Part shown: positions 10,227 through 20,454 of the stretch, one piece after another
How the letters are laid out: every line of letters starts with the position of its first letter
How positions within the stretch are numbered: position 1 is the first letter of the stretch
Source: Candidatus Latescibacterota bacterium
Lineage (GTDB): Bacteria > Latescibacterota > UBA2968 > GCA-2709665
Length of the DNA stretch: 64,000 bases
Assembly (NCBI GenBank): GCA_965203805.1
Contig: OZ241917.1
Coordinates: 2,720,001 to 2,784,000, forward strand
Reading direction: 5' to 3'
Made by a program: the position numbers and the translations under genes
The notes under the pieces: model-generated
The model's database searches: none
What the model was told of the DNA's origin: nothing
The model's input: the letters and a program-made list of their open reading frames with translations, nothing else

Positions 10227-10255
10227 AATATAGTGTCCGCTATTGAGAAAAACAA
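10227..10255 (-). promoter_or_regulatory. Putative sigma70 promoter of the ncRNA candidate
   Basis: TTGTTT-17 nt-TATATT on the minus strand; the predicted +1 falls at the start of the closing stem. Confidence 0.55.
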
Positions 10256-10456
10256 GGGGCAAATGAGGTCCGGAATTGGGAAGTCCACCCGTCGGAGGCA
10301 AGGGCGCGCGCCGGTCCCCGGCGTTGAGACGCCGCTGAACGTCGACTACAGATGGACCCCAGCCGGTACGTGAGAGCCGCGCCTTCAGAACGGAAGGATC
10401 GCCACAGGCGAAACACCCCATCAACCGCTTCCACTTCGTGAATGATGAAAGTCCTC

Positions 10457-11260
10457 CTATTCTGATTCCCTGACAGGATAGCAAATGTCCGCCTGTTGCA
10501 TCTCCGTTTGCAGCCAGTTGCTGAACAATGTGTGGCGAATCTCGCTGATGACGCGATCTGTCAGCCTCGCAGGATAGCTTCTCTGCAGCATATACAGTGC
10601 GAAGCCGCCAGGCGCTTTGTCGGGACCGAAGACCTCACCCGGCGCGGCAGCGAAGAGGCGCGCGGCAATGCCCTTCGGCAGATGTTCTCGCCGCAACCGC
10701 CCCCTAAACCCGCCGGCAGGCCGTGTGCGCTCGTCCTGAGAGAATTCGCGGGCTAATGCGCAGAAATCGGCGCCGTCTTCACGTATCTGAAATCGGATTT
10801 CGTCGATGACGCCTCTGTCCTTATGGAAAATCCAGCAGACCTCGGCCTCGTCGAAATCCAGCGTGTGCTGTGCGAAGTAGGGTTCAATCCGTCCCTCCGT
10901 GATTTTTCCGGACATCATGCGCTCCAATCGCCTTACCTGGGCGTCTTCGGCAACGTCACCCAGGGTTATGCCTCGGGACCGGAGCCAGGCTTCCGTGTCT
11001 TCCACGCGTTCCAGGCGATGTCGATACCGCCAGTCGTCGACGTCGCGCTGGATATCCTCAGCCTTCGCGTGGATGCCCTCCCTCTCCGCGAGCTGCCGCA
11101 CCAGCTCTCTTCGAGCGTACTCACCGAGGAATCCGAGGTTGTCTGCAACGCCCAGATGGCGCACAACCTGTTTCAGTGACACGGCGATTCCATTGACCCG
11201 AACCAGCGATAAGGCCCCGGCCTCGTTTGCGGGTTCGTGTTCATCCTGACGGCGCATCAC
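10457..11260 (-). CDS. PpiC/parvulin-type peptidyl-prolyl isomerase (foldase) associated with a type I peptide exporter
   Basis: DFCALAREFSQD-x-AGGFRG rotamase motif; overlaps the HlyD stop, as in cNMP-PCAT/HlyD/PpiC operons. Confidence 0.82.
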   Translation of the reverse strand: MMRRQDEHEPANEAGALSLVRVNGIAVSLKQVVRHLGVADNLGFLGEYARRELVRQLAEREGIHAKAEDIQRDVDDWRYRHRLERVEDTEAWLRSRGITLGDVAEDAQVRRLERMMSGKITEGRIEPYFAQHTLDFDEAEVCWIFHKDRGVIDEIRFQIREDGADFCALAREFSQDERTRPAGGFRGRLRREHLPKGIAARLFAAAPGEVFGPDKAPGGFALYMLQRSYPARLTDRVISEIRHTLFSNWLQTEMQQADICYPVRESE

Positions 11261-12657
11261 GTCTCGCCCTGGCGCGCGGACGGCGTTGTCGCGGCATCGT
11301 ACGTTGCGGACTCGTACAGCTTTCGCAAAGGACTCAGCAGCATCAGCAGGACCGACTGGCGGTCCGTCATGATCTCCGCCGTGCCCTTCATGCCGAAGAG
11401 GAGCGGCTTTTCCTGTCCTTTCACGGCCATGGTGGTCTCCTCCAATTCAACGACCCCTTTGAATATCGGCCCTACGGTCTCGTCGACGACGGCGTCCGGC
11501 GAGATCTGCTTGAGCAATCCGCGTTTAATTCCGAAGTCCTGGAACGCGAAAGCGTCGTATTTCAATTTGACGATCTGTCCCGGCTTGAGCAGGCCCACGT
11601 CCTTGTTCAAAACAGTCAGTTCGGCGACGATCGGCGCGGACGCCGGCGCCAGAGTCGCCAGAGCCTGTCCTTTGTTGATGACATGTCCGAGCGTATTCAC
11701 CTCCACGCGGGTTACAATTCCGGCCTCCGGGGCCAGAATCAGGTCCGATTCGGCATCGAGCTGGCGATCGACGCGTTTGCGCGCCTGATCCAGCCTCAGC
11801 CGCGCGGTCTTGTATGCGTGCCTGATCTGCGCGGCCTCGCGGCCGTGAGCGATGCGAGCCTCGAGAATCCGGCGCTTGAGGTCCTGCACCGCCGTTTCGT
11901 TCTTGTAGATTTCCGACATGCGTCCGGGAAGCTGCGCAAGGGCGGTCAGATATCTGACGCGCGCGCGATTGATCTCCGCCCTGCTGATCAGTTGGCGTTC
12001 GTACAGCATCTTCTGCTGCAGATAGTCTTGTTTCAAATGATCGATTTCGGCCTGACGAAAGCCGATTTGCGCCTGCAATTCCGCATCCGACGGGCCCGCT
12101 CCCCCTTCCTCGAGGGCGCCCACGTCGGCGTGGTAATCCTGCAAGGCATTCTGGTGGGCGACCATGAACCGCTCCAGAACGGACAGCCGTTTATTCAGCG
12201 AAGCGATCGTTTCCCGGTTCAATTCAGTCCTCTGGGGCAATACATGGTGATATTCGTACTCGGCCTTCTGAAACGCCATTTCCGCTTGTTCGAGTTCACG
12301 CAGGTCTCCCCAGGTTTCCCACGATTTGAGCTTGAACAGCAATTGGCCTTCTTCGATGTGGTCGCCTTCCGTAATACCGATGTATTCGATTTCACCGCCG
12401 CGACGGGCCTGCAACGTCTTCACTTTTCCGAGCGGTACGAGCCTGAACGGCGCTGACGCGACCACGTCCACCTTGCCCCACCACGCCCACACGACCGCGA
12501 TGCCGACAAACAGGAGCACGATATATAACAACGCCCGGCCCCAAAACGGTCGGAGGGACCCGATAAACGCGCGCATGTCTTCGGCCGCGTCGTCCCGGGG
12601 CCCGACAACGACAGTCGGCGCGGTACCGGGTGAGGATTTCAGCGGGTGTCCCGTCAC
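11257..12657 (-). CDS. HlyD family type I secretion membrane-fusion protein
   Basis: N-terminal TM helix, long coiled coil, ILAPEAGIV, DVGLLKPGQ-VKLKYDAF-FQDFG and GMKGTAEI motifs. Confidence 0.92.
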   Translation of the reverse strand: MTGHPLKSSPGTAPTVVVGPRDDAAEDMRAFIGSLRPFWGRALLYIVLLFVGIAVVWAWWGKVDVVASAPFRLVPLGKVKTLQARRGGEIEYIGITEGDHIEEGQLLFKLKSWETWGDLRELEQAEMAFQKAEYEYHHVLPQRTELNRETIASLNKRLSVLERFMVAHQNALQDYHADVGALEEGGAGPSDAELQAQIGFRQAEIDHLKQDYLQQKMLYERQLISRAEINRARVRYLTALAQLPGRMSEIYKNETAVQDLKRRILEARIAHGREAAQIRHAYKTARLRLDQARKRVDRQLDAESDLILAPEAGIVTRVEVNTLGHVINKGQALATLAPASAPIVAELTVLNKDVGLLKPGQIVKLKYDAFAFQDFGIKRGLLKQISPDAVVDETVGPIFKGVVELEETTMAVKGQEKPLLFGMKGTAEIMTDRQSVLLMLLSPLRKLYESATYDAATTPSARQGET

Positions 12658-12684
12658 GGGTACGGCTCCTCGCAGGCAGGTGGT

Positions 12685-15600
12685 TCAAGCCATCTGCAAC
12701 TGCTGGCTGGACATGTGGTAGTAAAGGCCGCGGCGATCCATGAGTTCTTCATGGGTTCCCGTGTCGACGATGTGGCCCTTTTCAAGCACGACAATCACGT
12801 CGGCATCCCGCACGGTACTCAAACGGTGAGCAATGATCATTGCGGTGCGGTTTTCGAGGAAAAGGTCCAGGTTTGCCTGGATCGCGCCTTCGGAGTCCGT
12901 ATCCAGTGCGTTTGTGGCTTCGTCGAAGATCAGGATTCCCGGATCACGGTACAGCGCTCTCGCGATCGCAATCCGTTGCCGCTGTCCGCCGGACAATCCG
13001 ATCCCCTGCTCGCCGACTTTTGTCTCATATCCCAGGGGCATCTCGGTCACAAAGTCCTGTACACAGGCCATTCTCGCCACCTCAAGGACCCGGTCCATAT
13101 CGGCGTCGGCTTCTCCAACCGCGATGTTCTCCGCAATCGTGCCGCTGAAAAGAAACGGATCCTGCATCACCATGCCCACCTGGCGCCGAAGCCAGTGCGG
13201 GTCCAGGTCGCGCACGTCCATCCCATCCAGCACCACCCTCCCTTCCGTGGGATCGAACAGGCGCGGCACCAGCTTCACCAGCGTGGTCTTGCCCGCCCCG
13301 CTCCGCCCGACAATGGCGACTTTGCGCCCCGGTTCGAGAATCAGGCTGATGTTGTTCAACACGTAAGGTTCGTCGGAGCCCACGCCGTATCTGAAAAACA
13401 CATCGTCGAATATAACGCGGCCTTCCACCCGTTTCAGTCTCATGCCGTGCCCGCGCTGGCGCGCATCCTCCATCTCTGCGTCGTACACGTCATTCAGCCT
13501 GTCCAGGGCGACGCGGGCTTCCTGCACCTCCGGCCAGACGCCGATCAACCCCATTACAGGTCCCATAACGTTGCCGATGAGCGCGTTGAACGCCATCAAC
13601 TGCCCCACGGACAGCTCCCCTTCCATAACCAGGGATGCGCCGTACCACAGGATCACGGTTGAACTCAGCAGATTGATCATACTGCCCCCCGCCCCGAACA
13701 GCATTTCCATTTTCAAACGCTTGAAACCGATCTGGATTTCTTTCGTGAACTTCCCTTCCCATTGCCACCTGGTGACGCGTTCGACGGCCTCGGCCTTCAC
13801 CACGTCGACGCCGTGCAATGAGTCGATCAGGACGGACGACTGCTCCGCGCGGGCAAGAAAGGCGCGCTGGCTGAACGACTTCAATATCGGGGTATAAATC
13901 AGCGTGAGACCCACGGAAAGCGGCACGAAGATCAACATCACGAGCGTCAGCTCCCAATTGTAATAGAACATCAGTCCCAGATAGACGAACAACATGATGA
14001 AGTCCAGTATTGCGGACACGGTCGTGTCGGTAAACAGGCGCTGGATCGTGGCGTTCTCCTTGAACCGCGTGGTCAAATCGCCGGTGCGCCTCAGCGCGAA
14101 GAATCGCATGGAAAGACCCAGCAGGTGCCGGTAGAACCTGCACAACATCGTAAGGCTGAGGCGCGCGCTGATATATCCGATGAGATATGCGCGCAAGGTC
14201 GACGTCCCCATCTGGAACAGCGCCACAACGACCATACCCGCCAGCATCAGGTTCAGCAGATCCCTGTCGTGATGCACAAGTACCTGGTCCACGATCGTCT
14301 GTGTGAATACCGGGGAGGCCAGTCCGAACAGACTGAGCACCAGAGACGCCAGCAACACCTCGATCAGGATGGGTGTATAAGGCTTGATCAACGGGAAGAA
14401 CCGCTTGAAGGAAGACCTGGAGGGTTCATTCTCGGACACCTGATCCGTGTATTCCAGCAGGAGGGCCATATTGGTCCAGCTCTTCTCGAATTCCGCACGG
14501 GACAACGTCCGGAGGCCCAGGGCGGGATCCGCGATCCTCACGTCTTTTCTGGTGATTTCGTACAGCACCACGAAATGGTTGCCTTCCCAGTGCAGGATCG
14601 CCGGCAGTCCGGTCCGCATCAGCGCTTCGTATCCCGTACGCACGCCGCGCGTGACGAACCCGAGCGTCTCCGCCGCTTCGGCCAGCGCCGCCATCGACGT
14701 GCCGTCGCGGGAAACGTTGCACATATCGCGCAGCCGGTTCAGCCCGATCGGCATCTTGTAATACTTGCAGATCATCCCCAGACACGCCGCCCCGCAATCG
14801 GACTGATCATGCTGTTTCAGGAATGGATAGCGGAACGAAGACGGCGCGCCGTTTCTTCCATCATCCGATTCACCGCTCCCGGTTCCGTCTGCCGGTCCGT
14901 TCGCGTCTGCGACGTTCTTCTTTTCCGGCGATCGGGCTTCGACCCTGGCGCGCACTTCGGAAGGACGGGTCCCGAGGGACGGTGACACGTTCGAATTCTC
15001 TCCTGCATGCAACTGACGCACCAGGGACGTGGCGGACCCGAACGCGGCAGCCGCGTCGCCAAGGTCACGAAAGTCGCTATCGGCGAGGTAAAACAGAACA
15101 CTATCCCGGGTACTGCGGACAACCGGGGGCCCGCCTTCGGAACGATCGGTTTCCTCGAAGAAATCACCCGCGACCAGACGACGGGCGACGCCATCCCCGG
15201 ACATCATCTCCAGCTCGCCGCTTCCCACCACGCAGAACCGCCCTCGCGACTGACCGGGACCGGAAACCGTCGCTCCCGTCGCAATCTCCTCACGCTTCAT
15301 ACGACGGAACAACCTCCGCATCGCATCCCCGGAAACGGACCCTTTCAGAAACCTCGTGAAATCCCGATATGGGATATTCGCCACCTGATCCTGGAGATGT
15401 GCTTTCAGTTCGGGTTCTTTTTTCGTCACGTTGACGAAGTCACCCCGCGACACACGCAAAACCTCGGAATCCTCCACCGCGCGCACCGATGCCCGATGTC
15501 CGCGGCCGGTCAGCAGCGCCCCCTCGCCGAAATGGTCGCCGGGATACAGGAAACCCAGGGTTTCAGGATGGCCGTCCGCATTTCGCCCGATCACTCGCAA

Positions 15601-15726
15601 CCGACCCGATCGCACGATGTAGAACGCATCGCCGGGTCTCCCCTGATCGAAGACGACCGACCCGAAGGGAAATCCGACCGGCTCTGACCGAATCGACATT
15701 TGAGAAATGAGGGATAGGACGTCCAT
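12685..15726 (-). CDS. Peptidase C39-containing ABC transporter (PCAT) with N-terminal cNMP-binding domains
   Basis: cNMP domain (GDHFGEGALL...RASVRA) and a second degenerate one; C39 domain QHDQSDCGAAC/HWEGNHFVV/IADP; TMD; NBD with GRSGAGKT, LSGGQRQR and DEATNALD. Confidence 0.95.
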   Translation of the reverse strand: MDVLSLISQMSIRSEPVGFPFGSVVFDQGRPGDAFYIVRSGRLRVIGRNADGHPETLGFLYPGDHFGEGALLTGRGHRASVRAVEDSEVLRVSRGDFVNVTKKEPELKAHLQDQVANIPYRDFTRFLKGSVSGDAMRRLFRRMKREEIATGATVSGPGQSRGRFCVVGSGELEMMSGDGVARRLVAGDFFEETDRSEGGPPVVRSTRDSVLFYLADSDFRDLGDAAAAFGSATSLVRQLHAGENSNVSPSLGTRPSEVRARVEARSPEKKNVADANGPADGTGSGESDDGRNGAPSSFRYPFLKQHDQSDCGAACLGMICKYYKMPIGLNRLRDMCNVSRDGTSMAALAEAAETLGFVTRGVRTGYEALMRTGLPAILHWEGNHFVVLYEITRKDVRIADPALGLRTLSRAEFEKSWTNMALLLEYTDQVSENEPSRSSFKRFFPLIKPYTPILIEVLLASLVLSLFGLASPVFTQTIVDQVLVHHDRDLLNLMLAGMVVVALFQMGTSTLRAYLIGYISARLSLTMLCRFYRHLLGLSMRFFALRRTGDLTTRFKENATIQRLFTDTTVSAILDFIMLFVYLGLMFYYNWELTLVMLIFVPLSVGLTLIYTPILKSFSQRAFLARAEQSSVLIDSLHGVDVVKAEAVERVTRWQWEGKFTKEIQIGFKRLKMEMLFGAGGSMINLLSSTVILWYGASLVMEGELSVGQLMAFNALIGNVMGPVMGLIGVWPEVQEARVALDRLNDVYDAEMEDARQRGHGMRLKRVEGRVIFDDVFFRYGVGSDEPYVLNNISLILEPGRKVAIVGRSGAGKTTLVKLVPRLFDPTEGRVVLDGMDVRDLDPHWLRRQVGMVMQDPFLFSGTIAENIAVGEADADMDRVLEVARMACVQDFVTEMPLGYETKVGEQGIGLSGGQRQRIAIARALYRDPGILIFDEATNALDTDSEGAIQANLDLFLENRTAMIIAHRLSTVRDADVIVVLEKGHIVDTGTHEELMDRRGLYYHMSSQQLQMA

Positions 15727-15818
15727 GGATTGATTCCCGCGATTCGCAGCGTTGTTCGAATCTCCGGATGTAGACCGGTGTCCAGCAGGCTACTGCACGT
15801 TGAATTTCGATCCCATAT

Positions 15819-15834
15819 ATACTATATATAGTAT
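15819..15834. promoter_or_regulatory. Perfect 16-bp palindrome upstream of the PCAT gene (candidate operator)
   Basis: ATACTATATATAGTAT about 90 bp upstream of the PCAT start. Confidence 0.35.
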
Positions 15835-15891
15835 GTCAGTGTGCGTGATCCGCTGTCTCGTGACGCAGCGATACGTCCCCAACCGGCGCGG

Positions 15892-16767
15892 CTACTTCGG
15901 AGGCAGTGAGCGCCCCACGAGTCCCGGCGTTGCATCCGTCCCGGGATCTTCAGGCGGGACCTCGCCCTCAGAAACGGGCTCAGCGGGCTTCGCAACCCGG
16001 GAAAACCACCACAGTCCCACAGCAGCGAGCGCCACCCCGGCCGCACTGAACCACCAGGGGTTGAACGCTACGTCGTTGAGGTCACCCGAAATGTCTATAT
16101 CCGATATATCAGAATGCAGAATCGTCACGGCGATTAGGTTGTTCAATGCGTGTCCGAACAGGGCGGGCAACAAGGATCCTGTACGGATAACCCACCACGC
16201 CCAGACCATGCCTGATATGAAGATAGGCACAAATGTCCACGGGTCCAGATGCAACATTCCAAACAAGACTGCTGACAATAGAACCGCGCAGACCCTTGAA
16301 TGATGTGCCAGCAGACCACTCAGGATAATGCCTCTGAATAGCAACTCTTCGCCCAGAGGCGCGATGACGGCTGCCCCGAAGACAGCCGACAGAAAAGACG
16401 TCTTGCGCAGGATCTCCGAACGATAGATTTCCTGCATCCACTCGGGAACGGGAGCAATCCGAATCGCGACTTTCATCAATTCGGTATCGAGCATCCCCAG
16501 GCCGACGACTGATATTGCAACGCAGGGCCATATCCGCCAATCAAACCGCGTGTTGAATAGAGGACGTATATATCGCCAGTCCAGATCCGTGCGCCGGTAA
16601 ACATAACCCAGAAGAATGACGAAATTCACCAGCAACAGAATTCCCATCAGGAAATCGTCTTCAAACTTCCACCGGTCGACAACGAGCACCGCCACCGCCA
16701 GGCCAACCTGAATCAACAGGAACAGAAACAGTAACCAGATCGTCTGTTTCAGGTTCGGATACGCCAT
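15892..16767 (-). CDS. CPBP family intramembrane protease
   Basis: EELLFRG, FGMLH and GHALNN motifs; N-terminus MAYPNLKQ. Confidence 0.9.
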   Translation of the reverse strand: MAYPNLKQTIWLLFLFLLIQVGLAVAVLVVDRWKFEDDFLMGILLLVNFVILLGYVYRRTDLDWRYIRPLFNTRFDWRIWPCVAISVVGLGMLDTELMKVAIRIAPVPEWMQEIYRSEILRKTSFLSAVFGAAVIAPLGEELLFRGIILSGLLAHHSRVCAVLLSAVLFGMLHLDPWTFVPIFISGMVWAWWVIRTGSLLPALFGHALNNLIAVTILHSDISDIDISGDLNDVAFNPWWFSAAGVALAAVGLWWFSRVAKPAEPVSEGEVPPEDPGTDATPGLVGRSLPPK

Positions 16768-16779
16768 ATGGATAACTTA

Positions 16780-17649
16780 TTATGTTGAGGATGAAGAACC
16801 CGGATCGTACCGCATTGGTTCGTGGGGTTCATCAACGCGTATTGTCGGCGCCTCTCTGGAGGACAAAACGTAGAATCCGGCTTCCGACGAATGATCCTGA
16901 ATCCAACTGTCATTGTCATATCTGCGAGCCTTTGAATAAACCATGACATCTCCCGCGCCTCCGGCAAACGTGGCACAAAGTAGCAAGACCGACCAGACCG
17001 CCGGATCAAACGACAGAATTAAAACCGCGGCGGGTGTTGTTACGATCAACGGGAGTAGCGCGAATGCCCGGTATGCGCTCAGTGTCATCGGTTTGTCAGC
17101 GTGGCAGTAAAAGGCCGTTAATCGCAAGTTGATTCCAAAGTGCAGCGAACTAAATGGAATTTTCCCCCACGCCATCGCGGCAATACCGTGAAGTGCTTCG
17201 TGAATCACAAACAAGGCGATTAGTCCTCCAATCAATTTCCATAGATCGACGAGAGGAAATCGCAGCTCTATCGCCCATGGAAGCAAGGCATCTGCCCCGA
17301 TGACAGACATTCCCGAAATCCAGAACATCAAAAAACACAAACTGTAAATCTCGTGTTTTTCAAGAATCACTTCAGTGACGTTAGAATCCTGGCCGGGTTC
17401 AATTCCGCCTGGATTCGACACACATAACCCGCCGACTGCGGTCACCATTCCCGCTGCGGTTTCATAGAGCTTTTTTCGAAAGATTATAAACGAGAATGCC
17501 TGAACAACCAGGACCGCCATCAGGATCACAAGATCGAATTGAATGACGTACCTGAGAATCAGCAAAGCAGGCGCAACGGAAAATAGCGCATACGATATGG
17601 CCGCGAGAATCCAACGACTCCACGTTCCCCCTGGGAGGACATCCTTCAT
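16780..17649 (-). CDS. DUF3267 family putative zincin membrane metallopeptidase
   Basis: HEALH in a TM context, FYCH, LLPLI, GGAGD and IQDH motifs. Confidence 0.8.
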   Translation of the reverse strand: MKDVLPGGTWSRWILAAISYALFSVAPALLILRYVIQFDLVILMAVLVVQAFSFIIFRKKLYETAAGMVTAVGGLCVSNPGGIEPGQDSNVTEVILEKHEIYSLCFLMFWISGMSVIGADALLPWAIELRFPLVDLWKLIGGLIALFVIHEALHGIAAMAWGKIPFSSLHFGINLRLTAFYCHADKPMTLSAYRAFALLPLIVTTPAAVLILSFDPAVWSVLLLCATFAGGAGDVMVYSKARRYDNDSWIQDHSSEAGFYVLSSREAPTIRVDEPHEPMRYDPGSSSST

Positions 17650-17748
17650 CCGGAACCTCCGATGCTGTGTCTATTGGTCTTTCTTGTGAATCAATGGACT
17701 ATTGCCTGATTTGTTCGTGTCACAAACTTAGAACTCTGCGATCTGCGG

Positions 17749-18603
17749 CTAGTCGCCGTCTGCTGGCGAATCTGCCGTCTCAGTCACGAGGGGGTTGGCT
17801 GATTGCGTCTTCTTCGATATCTGGCGAAACCACCAGAGTCCTAGTGTAGCCAATAACACGCCAGCGCCTGTCCACCACCAGGGATTGAAAAACACAACAT
17901 TGAAGTCTTCTGCTACCTCGAGATATGGTATTTCGAAGTGCAACGTCGTGACGCCGATGAGATTGTTCAATGCGTGGCCGAAAAGCGCAGGCCACAAGGA
18001 TCCAGTCCGGAAATACCACCAGGCGAATACGAGCCCGTACAATAGGGCCGGTGGAAATTGCCAGGGATTGAGATGACCCACGCCAAACAGAAACGCCGAC
18101 CAGAAAATCGCCCTGTTCCTGGTATAGTGTGCCAGCAAACCGGCAAATATCGCGCCTCTGTATAGCAACTCTTCAACGATCGGGGCGACAAACACGGCCC
18201 GGAACACGGCTGAGGAGTAAGATGTTTTGCGCCCGAACTCCGATTTAAAAATGTCCTGGATTAAATCGGGCATAGGAATCAACCGAATTACCGCTTTGTC
18301 CATTTCAAGTAGAACCATCCCGATACCAAAGATCGAAATTGCCACACAAGGCCACACACGCCAATCAAAGTTTGTGTTCAGCAATTGTGATGTGTCTCTC
18401 CAGGTTCGATCCGCGCGGCGGAATACGTAGCGCAAGTAGAGAAAGTAAACCACCAGAGTCGATATGCCTGTCAACAGGTTTTCGTGTCGAGAACTTTCGC
18501 CAAGGACGGTCTGTACAACGTAGATGATGAGTTCCAAAACCGACTCTGTTATCCAGAATAGAACCACTAACCAGATGGACTGCCGAATGTTCGGATACGT
18601 CAT
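17749..18603 (-). CDS. CPBP family intramembrane protease
   Basis: EELLYRG, FGVGH and GHALNN motifs; N-terminus MTYPNIRQ. Confidence 0.9.
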   Translation of the reverse strand: MTYPNIRQSIWLVVLFWITESVLELIIYVVQTVLGESSRHENLLTGISTLVVYFLYLRYVFRRADRTWRDTSQLLNTNFDWRVWPCVAISIFGIGMVLLEMDKAVIRLIPMPDLIQDIFKSEFGRKTSYSSAVFRAVFVAPIVEELLYRGAIFAGLLAHYTRNRAIFWSAFLFGVGHLNPWQFPPALLYGLVFAWWYFRTGSLWPALFGHALNNLIGVTTLHFEIPYLEVAEDFNVVFFNPWWWTGAGVLLATLGLWWFRQISKKTQSANPLVTETADSPADGD

Positions 18604-18910
18604 TCGAATATCCTATCGTAAGGCGTCGCGGACCGTGGTTTCACGTGGGGCCGAGATCTTTAGTTGGATTACGCCTAAAGAAGAAGTAGACGCAAGATAA
18701 TGATCTGGAAAGGTCACTCACACTGCAATCTAAACGTGCCTTCCGGCGCTCTATCCGGATTCCTGCATCGGCTTCCTCGGCAAATTACCAGAGTGAATGA
18801 GGCGTGATCTCGCCGTTCCTCCAGCCCTTTTGCAACCTTAGAGAATGCGAGCGATTGAATGCACTTGGGCCCAAACTCTCCGTGGGCCCTCCCCTCCTCG
18901 CATGGTTGAC

Positions 18911-19516
18911 TCACTCGACTGGGGTCTCGCCCTCCGGCCAAATGGTACAACCAGGTTCGGATGGATGATCTCTGACCCAGAGATTCTTGTCGTAGTCCTG
19001 GACTTTGAAATACATCAATACGTCCCCTGAACACCCTGAGAACGCCACACTGAAGAGTAATAGTGTCCAGATAGCTGGATCCAAAAGGATCACAAGACCG
19101 GTAACGAATGTAGTAACTAAAAGAGGCAGGAGCAGCAAGACACGAAAATTACCCATCCTCATCCGGCTCGAAAAATGGCAATAAGGGGCCAGCCATTTCC
19201 ATTTGAATCCGAAACGAACCGAACTGTATGGGACCTTGCCCCACTTCAGTGCGGCAAAGGCGTGTAGCGCCTCATGAAAGACGACGATGAGAATTGTACA
19301 AGCCAGAAACATCCAGCGGTCGCGATTGAGGAAGCGGAAATCGATTTTCCATAAATTGACTATATCGCCTACTAAAGCAAGAGTAAACGCGAAACAGAAC
19401 ATTACTAACGAAAAAACAACCATATAGACTTTGTCAACGCGAAACTCAAGAATCTCGTGTCCGATCTTATCTCGATCGAGTAATCGCCCCGAATCGGCTC
19501 CTTCATTCATCGGCAT
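18911..19516 (-). CDS. DUF3267 family putative zincin membrane metallopeptidase
   Basis: HEALH, APYCH, GCSGD and VRDHPSEPG motifs; paralog of 16780-17649. Probable ATG at 19516. Confidence 0.8.
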   Translation of the reverse strand: MPMNEGADSGRLLDRDKIGHEILEFRVDKVYMVVFSLVMFCFAFTLALVGDIVNLWKIDFRFLNRDRWMFLACTILIVVFHEALHAFAALKWGKVPYSSVRFGFKWKWLAPYCHFSSRMRMGNFRVLLLLPLLVTTFVTGLVILLDPAIWTLLLFSVAFSGCSGDVLMYFKVQDYDKNLWVRDHPSEPGCTIWPEGETPVE

Positions 19517-19731
19517 ACCATCCTCACGCTTCCGCGTTCGAATCAAGATTGCAGTGCCTACCAGGTCTCGTGATTGTGACCCCTGGATGGAGAAAATCGG
19601 AAGTCGCAAAGCAGAGTAGCACTTGGGTCTTATCGAATAGCAACGGCATCAGGACCGGTGCAGGCTCCCCCATGCAAACCTGCACCGGTCGCGTCAGACA
19701 CTGCCTACGGAATCTTTCCGATCTGTCGCTC

Positions 19732-20025
19732 TCAGAAATTCGATAGTCCGTCGGCCATGTCGGATATGAAGCCACCGGCAACGAAATCTACGGCGTCGTT
19801 AGCCCTATCCCAATACCACTGAGCCGCTTCCGCAGTACCTGTGGGATTTGTAATTGCACTGACTGTGATTCCAACCAGTACGCCTAGTACAAATGGAGCT
19901 AAACCTCCGGAAATTTCTGCCACTGATTCCCTAGCCAAATCCTCCTGCAGAATTGGTAAGGTAGAAAATGCTGACAACACTTGGCCAGCATCTGTCGCCA
20001 CTGGATTCGACAATACATGGGTCAT
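19732..20025 (-). CDS. Double-glycine-leader precursor peptide 1 (41-aa leader, 56-aa core)
   Basis: RBS AGGAGG; leader ends LPILQEDLARESVAEISGG; hydrophobic core with GxxxG. Confidence 0.8.
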   Translation of the reverse strand: MTHVLSNPVATDAGQVLSAFSTLPILQEDLARESVAEISGGLAPFVLGVLVGITVSAITNPTGTAEAAQWYWDRANDAVDFVAGGFISDMADGLSNF

Positions 20026-20454
20026 TTTATCCTCCTGAAGAGTAAAACGTTATTGCTGATTTGCAAACAAGTGGCTTGAATCTCGCGTTACGAAAACGGT
20101 GACTATTCCTGACGGTTACCGGGTTCGAGAATCGTGCTGTTCCTCTCGTCGGGATGTCAGGTCCGGTGCTCCTTCGATAGCCATGGCGGTCGATCGGGGT
20201 CTGATTATCGAAGGTCCATCGGACGCCAATGTAACACGCACCGTCACTTTATCACGCAGTTTATTCGTTCACTGGCGTGAGGCGCCGGCAAGTCCCGTCT
20301 CCCTACACTAAAGGGAACTTCGTTCATTCACTGTTGGGTTGGATCGCGGAAGATTCCGCGTTGACTTCCCGGAGTCTGCTGAGAAGCCCACTGCATCAGT
20401 AGTCGAGATTGGCAGGATGGATCACTTTCCGCCTGACAAACCCCGCACCGAGTT

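Noticed and set aside
20100-20450. Possible fourth GG-leader precursor (LPISTTDAVGFSADSGK)
   Set aside because: Wrong spacing, no GG, and no start codon or RBS in that frame.
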